From an uncultured Candidatus Rokubacteria bacterium (GTDB lineage Bacteria; Methylomirabilota; Methylomirabilia; Rokubacteriales; CSP1-6): a stretch of DNA of 64,000 nt. The position numbers were made by a program, and so were the translations under genes. Every line of letters starts with the position of its first letter. Positions within the stretch are counted from its first letter, which is position 1. The stretch is from assembly GCA_963771355.1 (NCBI GenBank), contig CAVYTA010000006.1, forward strand, positions 2,560,001 through 2,624,000, written 5' to 3'. The notes under the pieces were generated by a model. That model was not told where the DNA came from, did no database searches, and was given only the letters and a program-made list of their open reading frames with translations. Below are positions 38,910 through 48,354 of this stretch, in pieces.

Positions 38910-40124
38910 GTGCTTCGCCGCTGGTTCCTCCTCACGATCCTCACCGTGGCCTACGGCTTGGGCGCCTTCGGCATGCTGGGCGTCTCCCCGCTCACCCCCA
39001 GCCTCGTCGAGGGCTTTCACCTCACGCGCCTTCAGGTGGCCTTCATCGTGCCGTCGGTGTACGTGGGCGGACTGCTCTTCTCGCTGCCCGCCGGGCGGCT
39101 CGCCGATCGCTGGGGCGTGCGGCCGACCTTCCTGGGCGGCATGGCGGTGGGAGCAGGTGGCCTTGCGCTGGCGGGAGCGGCGCCGGAATTCTCGCTCTTC
39201 CTCTTCTGTCTCTTCGTTGCCGGAATCGGCTGGAGCGTGGTCAATCCTGTGCTGGGCAAGGCCATCGTGGATCTCTTCCCGGTGCGGGAGCGCGGCGTGG
39301 CGATGGGGATCAAGCAGATGGGGCTCACGGTGGGGGGCGTCCTCTCGGCGCTCATCCTCCCGCGCGTGGCGGCGGCCTGGAGCTGGCGCGTCGCGATCGC
39401 CGCCTGCGCCCTCACCATGGGCGCGCCGGTGCTGGCGGCGTGGCGCACGCTGGCGCCCCTGGCCGTCGCGCGCGTCGACGGCACCAGAACCGCGGGCGAG
39501 CCCCGCGCCGACAACTGGTGGTGGCTGCGCCAGCCGCCGCTCCTCACGCTCTTCGGGGCCGGCCTTGCGCTCGGCATGGTGCAGTCGGCCGTGCTCGCCT
39601 ACCTGCCGCTCTACGGCGTGGAGGTGCTCGGGCTCGGCGCGGTGGCCGCGGGCGGGCTGGTGGCGGCGGCCCAGGCGGGCGGCGCCGCCGCGCGGCTCGG
39701 GCTCGGCGCGGCGAGCGATCGCTGGCTCGGGGGTCGGCGGCCGCCGTGGCTGGTCGTCTCCTCGCTCATCGGCGCGGCCGTGTTTGCCTCCTACGCGATG
39801 CGACCGACGCCCGACGGCCTCACCGCGGCAGCCCTCGCCTTCGCGGCGGGCATCGGCGCGCATGGCTGGGTGGGCGTGTACTTCATCGCCAGCGCGGAGG
39901 CAGGCGGCCCGCGCCAATCGGGGCTGCTCAGCGGCGTCTCGTTCGCCGCCATCGTGGTCGGGCTTCTCGCGGGGGCGCCGTGCTTCGGCGCCATCCTCGA
40001 GGCCACCGACTCCTACCGCGCGGCCTGGGGCGCGTTCGCGGCGCTCTCCGTCCTGGTGGCGGGGGTGATGGCGCTCGCCGGCGGCGCCATTCATCGGGAG
40101 TGCGAGCGGGCCCAGGCCCGCTAG
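38910..40124 (+). CDS. MFS transporter
   Basis: About 12 hydrophobic segments, GRLADRWGVR motif A, ERGVAMGIKQ; start at GTG 38910 (alternative ATG 38892). Confidence 0.88.
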   Translation: MLRRWFLLTILTVAYGLGAFGMLGVSPLTPSLVEGFHLTRLQVAFIVPSVYVGGLLFSLPAGRLADRWGVRPTFLGGMAVGAGGLALAGAAPEFSLFLFCLFVAGIGWSVVNPVLGKAIVDLFPVRERGVAMGIKQMGLTVGGVLSALILPRVAAAWSWRVAIAACALTMGAPVLAAWRTLAPLAVARVDGTRTAGEPRADNWWWLRQPPLLTLFGAGLALGMVQSAVLAYLPLYGVEVLGLGAVAAGGLVAAAQAGGAAARLGLGAASDRWLGGRRPPWLVVSSLIGAAVFASYAMRPTPDGLTAAALAFAAGIGAHGWVGVYFIASAEAGGPRQSGLLSGVSFAAIVVGLLAGAPCFGAILEATDSYRAAWGAFAALSVLVAGVMALAGGAIHRECERAQAR

Positions 40125-40135
40125 GTCAGGGCCCG

Positions 40136-40486
40136 CTAGTTCACCGGAGAATGGCGCACCACTGGCCAGGGCACGTCGACTTCGACCGTGCCGTCGCCGG
40201 TGACGAAGCGCAGGCGGACGAGATCATGGCCGGGCAGCTCCACCATTCTCTTGGCCGCGATCGGGCGCCAGTCGCCGTTGAGGAAGGCGTAGACCCAGAC
40301 GCCGGCGTCGGCGGGACCGCCGTAGTAGAGGTAGCCGCGTCCCGCTCGGCGGTGGAAGTCCACCGCGTGTCCGCCGGACGTCGTCTGCACCACCACGTCG
40401 AAATGCACCTGGGGCGGCTCGGCCGCGCGAGCGACGTGGGGCGAGAGGAGGAGCAATCCCAGCATCAGAGGCGCCAGTGACATCAT
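40136..40486 (-). CDS. Hypothetical secreted protein
   Basis: Signal-peptide-like N-terminus (LMLGLLLLSPHVARA), GAGGAG RBS; fills the gap between two genes. Confidence 0.6.
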   Translation of the reverse strand: MMSLAPLMLGLLLLSPHVARAAEPPQVHFDVVVQTTSGGHAVDFHRRAGRGYLYYGGPADAGVWVYAFLNGDWRPIAAKRMVELPGHDLVRLRFVTGDGTVEVDVPWPVVRHSPVN

Positions 40487-40492
40487 CGCTCC

Positions 40493-41801
40493 TCAGGCTG
40501 CGCCGGTCGCCGTCTCGGCCTGGGCGAGCCAGCGCGCGTCGCGCGCGGAGGCGCGGCCGGCCAGCCGGCGCCGGAGCAGCCGCGCCGCGTCCGCGTTCCG
40601 GCCCAGCCGCAGGTAGGACACCACCATGGTCTCCTCGAAGAGCTCCCACTGCGCATGGCTGCCACCCATGCGGTGGATCTCTCCCTCGATCGGCTCGAGC
40701 TGGGCCAGGGTCTCCGCGTGATCGCCGGCCGCGAAGGCCGCCGCCGCGCGCACCAGCGGCAGCCCCACCCGCCCCGCGATGGGATGGCCCTTGGCGTCGA
40801 GGGCCCGCATCCCGTCCATGAGCCGATCGAGCGCGCGCGCGTCGCCGCATGCGGCATAGGCCAGCGCGGCGTGGATCTCGCCGAAGACGAAGCCCGGCCG
40901 CGCCACGCGCGTGGCGATCTCGGTGAGCGGCTCCCAGCGCAAGGGGCCCTCCGCGCACTCATAGAGGAGGAAGCGCCAGAGGAGGGACGAGCCGTCCATC
41001 ACCGCCAGGCGCGCGTTGACACCGCCGAGGATGTCGCGCTCGTAGATCTCCAGCGCGCGGCGCGGCCGGTCCCGGTGCAGCTCGAAGAGGGCGAGGTGCC
41101 ACGCCAGATGGCAGTGATAGGGCGCGAGACGGTCGTAACCGGCGAGCCAGTCGGAGAGAAAGGCCGCGCCGCCGTCATTGTCCAGGGTCTCGAAGTAGAT
41201 ATGCGCGATGTTGTGGCTGGCATTGGCGTTGGCGGGGTACTGCGCCAGCGAGCGCTCGGACAGGCGACGCGACTCCGCATAGCGGCCCGTCTCGTGATAG
41301 ACGAAGCCCAGCGCGGAGAGAAACCACCAGTCCTCCCCGAAGGCGGGCGCCAGGCGCTCGAGGAAGGCCGTCCGGTGGGCCTCGCGGTCCGCGCGACCGC
41401 CCAGGCCGATGCTGCTGCTGGCCTGATTCACGAGGAGCGCATCGCGCGGGAACTCCGCCACGTGCTCGTCGATGAGGGCAAGCCCGCGCGCAGTCTCACC
41501 GCCGACCAGCGCCGCCAGCGCCGCCACGTGCTGGCGCTCGCGCCGGCTGGCGCCCGCCACCCGCTCGCCGGCCAGCGCAATGGCGGAGCGCGCGGTGTCG
41601 GCATCGCCGAGGAAGAGCGCGACGAACGCGCGCCCGGCATGGGCCACCGCCAATCCGTCGTCGGCGGCCAGCGCGGCGGCGAAGGCCTCGCCGGCCCCAC
41701 GCCCGTAGGCGAGCAGCAGATCCATCCCGGCCTGATAGCGCTCGGCGGCGAGGGGCGGAATCGGTGGAGACGGGCAGGCCGTAGCGGTCGGTGGCAGCCA
41801 T
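40493..41801 (-). CDS. TTC38-like tetratricopeptide repeat protein (frameshift near 41756)
   Basis: MAATDRYGLPVST then RRERQHV, FPRDAL, HNIAHIYFE, HLAWHLALF, MGGSHAQWELF. Confidence 0.75.
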
Positions 41802-41822
41802 GCGGGTGCCCTGATCCTACCA

Positions 41823-41851
41823 TTGACAGGCGCAGCCGCCCGGGCCACAGT
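41823..41851 (+). promoter_or_regulatory. Promoter TTGACA-N17-CACAGT, 8 nt before GTG 41860 (leaderless geometry)
   Basis: Consensus -35, 17-nt spacer, no SD before the start codon. Confidence 0.55.
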
Positions 41852-41859
41852 CGGGGGCC

Positions 41860-43482
41860 GTGGACACGCCCTTCGACGCGTTCATGCACACGGCCGCGGC
41901 CGCGCCCGATCACGCCTTCCTTTGCGCGCCGCCCGCCGCCGGCCGCGCGTATCACCCGGATGGGATCGAGCTCACCTACGCCCAGGTGCGGGCGGAGGTG
42001 CTGCGCTTGCGCGCCGCCTATGCCGCCGCGGGCTATGGCCATGGCCATCGGGTGGCGCTCCTGCTCGAGAATCGGCCGGAGATGTTCATTCACTACCTCG
42101 CGCTCAACGCGCTCGGGTGCGGCATCGTGCCGGTCAATCCCGACTACCGCCACGACGAGGTGGCCTACCAGTTGGACCACTCGGAGGCGGATCTCGCGGT
42201 GGCCGTCTCCGAGCGGACGGCGGCGCTGGAGGCGGTGGCGCGTGAGCGCGCCCGGCCGTTACCGGTCATCGACGGCGGTGCCTGGCCGGCCGCGCTGCCC
42301 AAGGCGGGCCCGCTGCCGCGCGCGGGCGCGCCGCGCCTGGACACCGAGTGCGCGCTCCTCTACACGTCCGGCACCACCGGCCGGCCCAAGGGCTGCGTGC
42401 TCGACAATTTCTACATGCTCAATGCGGGCGCGTGGTACCGCGACCTCGGCGGCCGCCTCGCCCTCGCGCCCGGGCGCGAGCGCATCCTCAACCCCCTGCC
42501 GCTCTTTCACATGAATTGCCTGGGGGTGACAGGCACCTGCGCCATCCTCACCGCCAACTGTCTGATCCTGCCGGAGCGGTTCAGCCCGCGGCGCTGGTGG
42601 GCGGACGTGGTCGCGACCCGCGCCACCGCCGTCCACTATCTGGGCGTGATGCCGCCGCTACTCCTCAATCAGGCGCCCGTGCCCGAGGAGCGGCAGCATC
42701 AGGTCCGCTACGGTCTGGGCGCCGGCGTCGAGCCCCAGCTCCATGCCGCCTTCGAGGAGCGGTTCGGGTTTCCACTGGTCGAAGTCTGGGGCATGACCGA
42801 GACCGGCCGTATCTACGCGGACCGCGAAGAACCGCGCCAGATCGACACCCGCGCGTTCGGGCGCCCTCACGGCGGCTTCGAGGCTCGCGTGGTGGACGAC
42901 GCCGACCGCGAGGTCGCGCGCGGGACCGCGGGCGAATTGCTCGTGCGCTGGGGCGGTGCCGAGGGCCCGCGCCACGGCTTCTTCTCGGGCTATCTCAAGG
43001 ATGCGCGCGCGACGGAGGAGGCCTGGCGCGGCGGCTGGTTCCATACCGGCGATACGGTCCGACAGGCCGAGGACGGGATGCTCGTCTTCGTGGACCGGAA
43101 GAAGAACATCATCCGCCGCTCCGGGGAGAACGTCGCCGCCGCCGAGGTGGAAGCCGTGCTGCAGGCGCACGAGGCGGTGGCGCAGGTCGCGGTGCTGGCG
43201 GTGCCCGACGAGCTGCGCGAGGAGGAAGTCATGGCCTGCGTGGTGCCGATGGCGGACGCGGCCCCGGACGCGGCGCTGGCCGATCAGCTCATGGACTGGT
43301 GTCTCGGGCGGCTCGCCTACTTCAAGGCCCCGGGCTGGATCCTCTTCGTGGAGAGCCTGCCCACCACCGGCACGCAGAAAGTCCAGAAGACCCAGATCTT
43401 CCCGCGCGGGGAGGACCCGCGCCGCCGCGCCGGTGTCCTCGACCTCCGCACGCGGAAGAAGCGGACCTCATCCGGGCCGTAG
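41860..43482 (+). CDS. AMP-binding acyl-CoA ligase (CaiC-like)
   Basis: YTSGTTGRPKG, WGMTE, WFHTGD, DRKKNIIRRSGEN, TGTQK. Confidence 0.9.
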   Translation: MDTPFDAFMHTAAAAPDHAFLCAPPAAGRAYHPDGIELTYAQVRAEVLRLRAAYAAAGYGHGHRVALLLENRPEMFIHYLALNALGCGIVPVNPDYRHDEVAYQLDHSEADLAVAVSERTAALEAVARERARPLPVIDGGAWPAALPKAGPLPRAGAPRLDTECALLYTSGTTGRPKGCVLDNFYMLNAGAWYRDLGGRLALAPGRERILNPLPLFHMNCLGVTGTCAILTANCLILPERFSPRRWWADVVATRATAVHYLGVMPPLLLNQAPVPEERQHQVRYGLGAGVEPQLHAAFEERFGFPLVEVWGMTETGRIYADREEPRQIDTRAFGRPHGGFEARVVDDADREVARGTAGELLVRWGGAEGPRHGFFSGYLKDARATEEAWRGGWFHTGDTVRQAEDGMLVFVDRKKNIIRRSGENVAAAEVEAVLQAHEAVAQVAVLAVPDELREEEVMACVVPMADAAPDAALADQLMDWCLGRLAYFKAPGWILFVESLPTTGTQKVQKTQIFPRGEDPRRRAGVLDLRTRKKRTSSGP

Positions 43483-43851
43483 CTCGGCGTACAGGTCATC
43501 CATGCCGAGGCCGACGGCCAGATCGTGGGCCGTCTTGTCCGCAAAGCCCGGGGCTCCGCTGCCCTTGACCCGCAGATCCGCCCCGGCTCGGGCCAGCACT
43601 CGCGCCACCTCGGCGTGACCGGCGATGATCGCGAGCATGAGGGCGCTGAGATTGAACTTGGCCGTCACGTTCAGATCCGCTCCGCCCTCCACGAGGACCT
43701 CGACCATCTCGCGGTATCCGCGGTGAGCCGCCAGCATGAGGGCGGTCTGTCCGTGGCGATCCCGGGCGTTGACCTCAGCGCCGGCGCGCAGCAGTGCCCG
43801 CACCGTCGCGACGTCGCCCCCGGTGACCGCGCCTTCCCAGGCTTTTTCCAC
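43468..43851 (-). CDS. Ankyrin repeat protein
   Basis: GAEVNARDRHGQTALMLAA, GADLN..SALMLA, KTAHDLA. Confidence 0.88.
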   Translation of the reverse strand: MEKAWEGAVTGGDVATVRALLRAGAEVNARDRHGQTALMLAAHRGYREMVEVLVEGGADLNVTAKFNLSALMLAIIAGHAEVARVLARAGADLRVKGSGAPGFADKTAHDLAVGLGMDDLYAELRPG

Positions 43852-43860
43852 GGCTCCGAC

Positions 43861-44433
43861 CTAGCTTCGTCCCTCCAGCCGCGCCTCTTGCGCGGCCAGG
43901 AGCCGGGACATCTGGTGGAAGCCCCGGGCCTCGGCGATCTCCCGAGGTGATTCGCAGTAGTCGATGCGAGTGCGGAGCCGCGGGTCCGCCCCGGCCTCGA
44001 GAAGCAGCTCGACCGCCCGCAGGTTCTCCTCGCCCACCGCCATGTGCAGCGCGGTGTAGTCGTTGATGCCGCGCTGATCGGGATCGGCCCCGAAGGAGAG
44101 CAGCAGCGCGATGATCTCGGCAACGTCCGGCCGCCCGGGAGCGCCGGGTTGCGGTCGGCTACAGGACAGTGCCGCGATCAATGGCGGAAATCCGATGTGG
44201 TGCTCGGGATTGGGATTGGCGCCGATCTCGAGCAGGGTCCGGATGAACGGCAGCGGGCTGTGGTAGATCGCGTACTCGAGGCACGGCCCGATCGTCAGCG
44301 GCATGGCGCCATTGGGGACGCTGTCGGGATCCTCGACGGCCGCCCGTAGCCCGGCGAGGTCGCCCGCGCGAAAGGCGCCGTCGATCTTCTTGAACCGCTC
44401 GTACTCCGCGCACCGTTCCTCGCGTGATTGCAT
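43861..44433 (-). CDS. Ankyrin repeat protein
   Basis: LLEIGANPN, LLSFGADPDQRGINDYTALHMAV, LLEAGADP. Confidence 0.85.
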   Translation of the reverse strand: MQSREERCAEYERFKKIDGAFRAGDLAGLRAAVEDPDSVPNGAMPLTIGPCLEYAIYHSPLPFIRTLLEIGANPNPEHHIGFPPLIAALSCSRPQPGAPGRPDVAEIIALLLSFGADPDQRGINDYTALHMAVGEENLRAVELLLEAGADPRLRTRIDYCESPREIAEARGFHQMSRLLAAQEARLEGRS

Positions 44434-44488
44434 TCTTCTTTAGCGTATCATCGCACTCCGCGTCACTGACGGGGGAAAGGAGACGGCG

Positions 44489-45232
44489 ATGAGACTCGGC
44501 GACAAGGTCGCGTTGATCACAGGGGGCGCCAGCGGCATGGGTCAGAGCGAGGCGGTCCTCTTCGCGAAGGAAGGGGCCAAGGTCGTCGTGGCCGACGTGC
44601 TCGAGGCCGAAGGGCGGAAAGTCGCGGACAGTCTGGGCGGCGCGGGGCGCTTCGTGCGCCTCGACGTGACGAGCGAGACGGACTGGGAGCAGGCGATCGC
44701 GGCCGCGGTCTCGACCTTCGGCAAGCTCGACGTCCTCGTCAACAACGCCGGCATCAGTGGCACCTTCGACCCGGACACCCTGAGCACCTCGGCCTGGGAC
44801 CGGCTCATGGACGTCAACGCCAAGGGCACCTTCCTCGGCATGAAGCACGCCATCCCGGCGATGGAGAAGGCCGGCGGCGGCGCCATCGTGAACATCTCGT
44901 CGGTGTCCGGCTTCGTGGGCCAGAACGGCATCCACATGGCCTACAACGCGTCGAAGGGCGCCGTGCGGCTCATGACCAAGTCGGCGGCGGTGCAGTACGC
45001 CCGCAGCGGCATCCGGGTGAACTCCGTGCATCCCGGCGTCCTGCCCGCGATGCGCAGCTCCAAGGCCACCGCCGATCCCGCTTTCCGCCAGAAGATGCTC
45101 GCCGGCGTGCCCATGCGGCGCGAGGGCCGCGTGGAGGAAGTCGCCTACGCGGTGCTCTTCCTGGCCTCGGACGAGGCCTCGTACATCACCGGCACCGAGC
45201 TGGTGGTGGACGGCGGCTGGCTGGCGGTATAG
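44489..45232 (+). CDS. SDR family oxidoreductase
   Basis: TGGASGMG, LVNNAG, YNASKG, VNSVHPG, VDGG. Confidence 0.93.
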   Translation: MRLGDKVALITGGASGMGQSEAVLFAKEGAKVVVADVLEAEGRKVADSLGGAGRFVRLDVTSETDWEQAIAAAVSTFGKLDVLVNNAGISGTFDPDTLSTSAWDRLMDVNAKGTFLGMKHAIPAMEKAGGGAIVNISSVSGFVGQNGIHMAYNASKGAVRLMTKSAAVQYARSGIRVNSVHPGVLPAMRSSKATADPAFRQKMLAGVPMRREGRVEEVAYAVLFLASDEASYITGTELVVDGGWLAV

Positions 45233-45334
45233 GGCGCGGTCATGACGTCCGCGAGGAGCCGGATCCCCGCCCGGATCTGCGCCTCACGTCGCGGCATTCG
45301 GCCTCGAGTTGTGGCAAGGTACACTGGCGTGGCC

Positions 45335-46729
45335 ATGATCCAGACCGATGCGGTGACCCTTGCCCGGCAGATCCGCACGAAGGCCATCTCCCCCGTCGCG
45401 GTGGTCGACGCCGTGCTCCGTCGGATCGAGGCGCTCCAGCCGACGGTGAACGCCTTCATCACGGTGACCGCGGACGAGGCCCGGGAAGCCGCCCGCCGGG
45501 CTGAGGCGGCGCTGATGGCGGGCGGGCATCTCGGCCCCTTCCACGGCGTGCCGTTCTCGGTCAAGGATCTGCTCTTCACCAAGGGCACCCGGACGACGAT
45601 GGGCTCGCTGATCTTCGCCGACCAGGTGCCGGCCGAGGATGCGGTGCCCGTTCGCCGGCTGCGCGAAGCCGGCGCCATCCTCATCGGCAAGACGACGACA
45701 CCGGAGTTCGGCCACAAGCCCCTGACCGACAGCCCGCTCTTCGGAGTCACGCGGAATCCGTGGGATCTGTCGCGCACCGCGGGCGGCTCGTCCGGCGGCG
45801 CCGCGGCGGCGGTCGCCACCGGCCAGGGACCGCTGGCGCTGGGAACCGACGGCGGGGGCTCCATCCGCCTCCCCGCCGCCTGCTGCGGTGTCGTCGGACT
45901 CAAGCCCACCCTGGGCCGCGTTCCTCACGTCCACCAGGCCGATCTGTTCTCGACCACGTCCTACATCGGGCCCATGGCGCGGAGCGTGGGTGAAGTCGCC
46001 GCCTGCTTCGACGTGATCGCCGGATTCGATCCCGGTGATCCCTATTCGCGCCCGGAGCCACCCGACGACCCGCGTGATATCGAGGTGCGGGGCCTCCGGC
46101 TCGGGTGGATGCCCCAGGTGGGCAATCGGCTCGTCGACCCGGAGGTGCTCGCCTCCAGTGAAGCGGCGGTGCGCCATCTGGAGGGCCGGGGCGCTCAGGT
46201 GGAGACCGTGAAGGAGGACTTCGCCGTCTTCGAGCAGGCCTTCCTGGTGTTCTTTCAGGGCGGGCTGGCCGCGCGCGTCGGCCCGCACATGGCGAAGTTC
46301 GGCGACAAGGTGGCGCGGAGCCTGCGGGAGTCGATCGAGCGGGGCGCGCGGTGGTCGGCGGTGGACTGGGGGAACGCGCTCGGCCAGCGGACCGCCGTCT
46401 ATCGCCGCGTGCACGCCCTCTTCCAGCGCTTCGACTTCCTCGTGTCCCCCACCCTCGCCCGTCCTCCGCTCGCCGCCGACCACGACCCCTTCGAGCCGAT
46501 CTCCATCGGCGGCGAGACCGCCGGCTCGATTCGCGGGGCCTGGTATCCCTACATGTGGCCCTTCAACCTCTCCGGCCACCCGGCCGTCTCGCTGCCGTGC
46601 GGGTGGTCATCCGACGGTTTGCCCCTCGGGCTCCAGATCATCGGTCCCTGGTACGCCGACCGCCGCGTGCTCGCCCTCGCCGAGCACCTCGAGCGCGAGC
46701 GCCCGTGCGCGCGCCCGATGCCCCTCTGA
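45335..46729 (+). CDS. Amidase (amidase signature family)
   Basis: VKD, GKTTTPEF, GGSSGG, GTDGGGSIRLPA. Confidence 0.92.
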   Translation: MIQTDAVTLARQIRTKAISPVAVVDAVLRRIEALQPTVNAFITVTADEAREAARRAEAALMAGGHLGPFHGVPFSVKDLLFTKGTRTTMGSLIFADQVPAEDAVPVRRLREAGAILIGKTTTPEFGHKPLTDSPLFGVTRNPWDLSRTAGGSSGGAAAAVATGQGPLALGTDGGGSIRLPAACCGVVGLKPTLGRVPHVHQADLFSTTSYIGPMARSVGEVAACFDVIAGFDPGDPYSRPEPPDDPRDIEVRGLRLGWMPQVGNRLVDPEVLASSEAAVRHLEGRGAQVETVKEDFAVFEQAFLVFFQGGLAARVGPHMAKFGDKVARSLRESIERGARWSAVDWGNALGQRTAVYRRVHALFQRFDFLVSPTLARPPLAADHDPFEPISIGGETAGSIRGAWYPYMWPFNLSGHPAVSLPCGWSSDGLPLGLQIIGPWYADRRVLALAEHLERERPCARPMPL

Positions 46730-46758
46730 CCCCTCGTCCCCCGTCTCGGAGGCCCCGC

Positions 46759-47592
46759 ATGTCGCTGTCGCCCAACGGATTCCCGGTCCTGCTCAGCTTC
46801 GACATCGACGCCGAGACCATGTGGACGGGGCGCGACCCCAAGAACGCCGACCGCCCCATCGTGATGAGCCAGGGGGCCTACGGCTGGAAGGTGGGCATGC
46901 CGCGCATCCTCGACCTGCTGAGCCACTACGGCCTGAAGGTGACCTTCTTCGTCCCGGGCCTCGTCATGGAGCAGCGACCCGCGATGGTGGAGGAGATCCT
47001 GAAGCGCGGCCACGAGATCGCCCATCATTCCTGGTCTCACGCCTGGATCGTCAACCTGACGCTCGAGCAGGAGCGTGAGGAGATGGACAAGGGCATCGAC
47101 ATCATCCAGCGCATGACGGGCCGGAAGCCGGTGGGCTATCGCTCGCCGGCGGCGGAGTTCAGCCCCCACACCCTGCGGATGCTGGCGGAGTACGGGTTCG
47201 GCTACTCCTCGAACTACTTCGATGACGACTCGCCGTATCTCCACACGATCGACGGCCGGCTCACCGACATCGTCGAGTTCCCCTTCGCGTGGGTGCTGGA
47301 CGACGCGCCCTTCTTCCAGTACTCGATCACGCTTCCCGGGCGAACCATGCAGGCGCCGTCGGCGGTGTTCGAGGCCTGGCGGCGGGAGTTCGACGTCCTC
47401 TATCGCGAGGACCGGTACTTCTGCCTCGCCATGCATCCGCAGATCATCGGGCGCCCGTCGCGCATCACCCTGCTCGAGGAGCTGATCCAGTACATCCTCG
47501 GCCATCCGCGGGTCTGGCTGGCCCGCTGCGACGAGGTGGCCGACGCGGTGCGGCCGGCGCTGCGCGCGGCGGCGCGCGCCCCCGGCCGATGA
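46759..47592 (+). CDS. Polysaccharide deacetylase family (PuuE/HpPgdA-like) protein
   Basis: LSFDIDAE, TFFVPG, HEIAHHSWSH, GYRSP, DDAPFF, AMHPQIIGRPSR. Confidence 0.85.
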   Translation: MSLSPNGFPVLLSFDIDAETMWTGRDPKNADRPIVMSQGAYGWKVGMPRILDLLSHYGLKVTFFVPGLVMEQRPAMVEEILKRGHEIAHHSWSHAWIVNLTLEQEREEMDKGIDIIQRMTGRKPVGYRSPAAEFSPHTLRMLAEYGFGYSSNYFDDDSPYLHTIDGRLTDIVEFPFAWVLDDAPFFQYSITLPGRTMQAPSAVFEAWRREFDVLYREDRYFCLAMHPQIIGRPSRITLLEELIQYILGHPRVWLARCDEVADAVRPALRAAARAPGR

Positions 47593-48332
47593 GGCTCGCC
47601 GGGCGGCGGGTGCTGGTGACCGGCGCGGCCTCGGGAATCGGGCTCGCCATCGCGCGCCTGTTCCAGCTCGAAGGCGCTCGCGTGGCCACCCTCGATCGCG
47701 ATGGGGCGCGCTTGAGCGCGGCGCCGGTCGAAGGCGCGGTGCCTCTGGTGTGCGACGTCGCCGAGGAGCGCCAGGTGCGGGACGCGGTGGCCCGGGCCGC
47801 CGCCGCACTGGGGGGACTCGACGGCGTCGTCAACAGCGCCGGGATCGATCTGATGCGGCCCTTCGAGGACATGACAGCGGCGGAGTGGGCGCAGGTGATG
47901 GCCGTCGACCTCACCGGCCCCATGCTGGTGTGCCATGCCGCGCTGCCGGCGCTGAAACAGGCCGGGCGCGGCACCATCGTCAACATCGCCTCCGGCGCCG
48001 CCCTCCGGCCGCTGGAGCAGCGGACGGCCTACTGCGCCGCCAAGGCCGGACTCGTCATGTTCGGCAAGACCCTTGCCGTGGACCTCGCCGCCTACCACAT
48101 CCGCGTCAACGCGATCTGCCCCGGCATCATCGACACGCCCCTGTTCCGCTCGTCCTGGGCGGGCGCCGACGACCCGGCGGCCGAGCTGGCCCGCATCCTC
48201 GACCGCTACGTGATCAAGCGCCCGGGCCAGCCGGAGGAGATCGCCCAGGCCGCTCTCTACCTGACCAGCGACGACTCGTCCTTCGTCACCGGCGCCGCGC
48301 TCGCCGTCGACGGCGGGCGGACATTCCACTGA
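47589..48332 (+). CDS. SDR family oxidoreductase
   Basis: TGAASGIG, VNSAG, YCAAK, NAICPG; ATGA overlap. Confidence 0.92.
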   Translation: MRLAGRRVLVTGAASGIGLAIARLFQLEGARVATLDRDGARLSAAPVEGAVPLVCDVAEERQVRDAVARAAAALGGLDGVVNSAGIDLMRPFEDMTAAEWAQVMAVDLTGPMLVCHAALPALKQAGRGTIVNIASGAALRPLEQRTAYCAAKAGLVMFGKTLAVDLAAYHIRVNAICPGIIDTPLFRSSWAGADDPAAELARILDRYVIKRPGQPEEIAQAALYLTSDDSSFVTGAALAVDGGRTFH

Positions 48333-48354
48333 GGATGACCGCGGCGCGGGCGGG

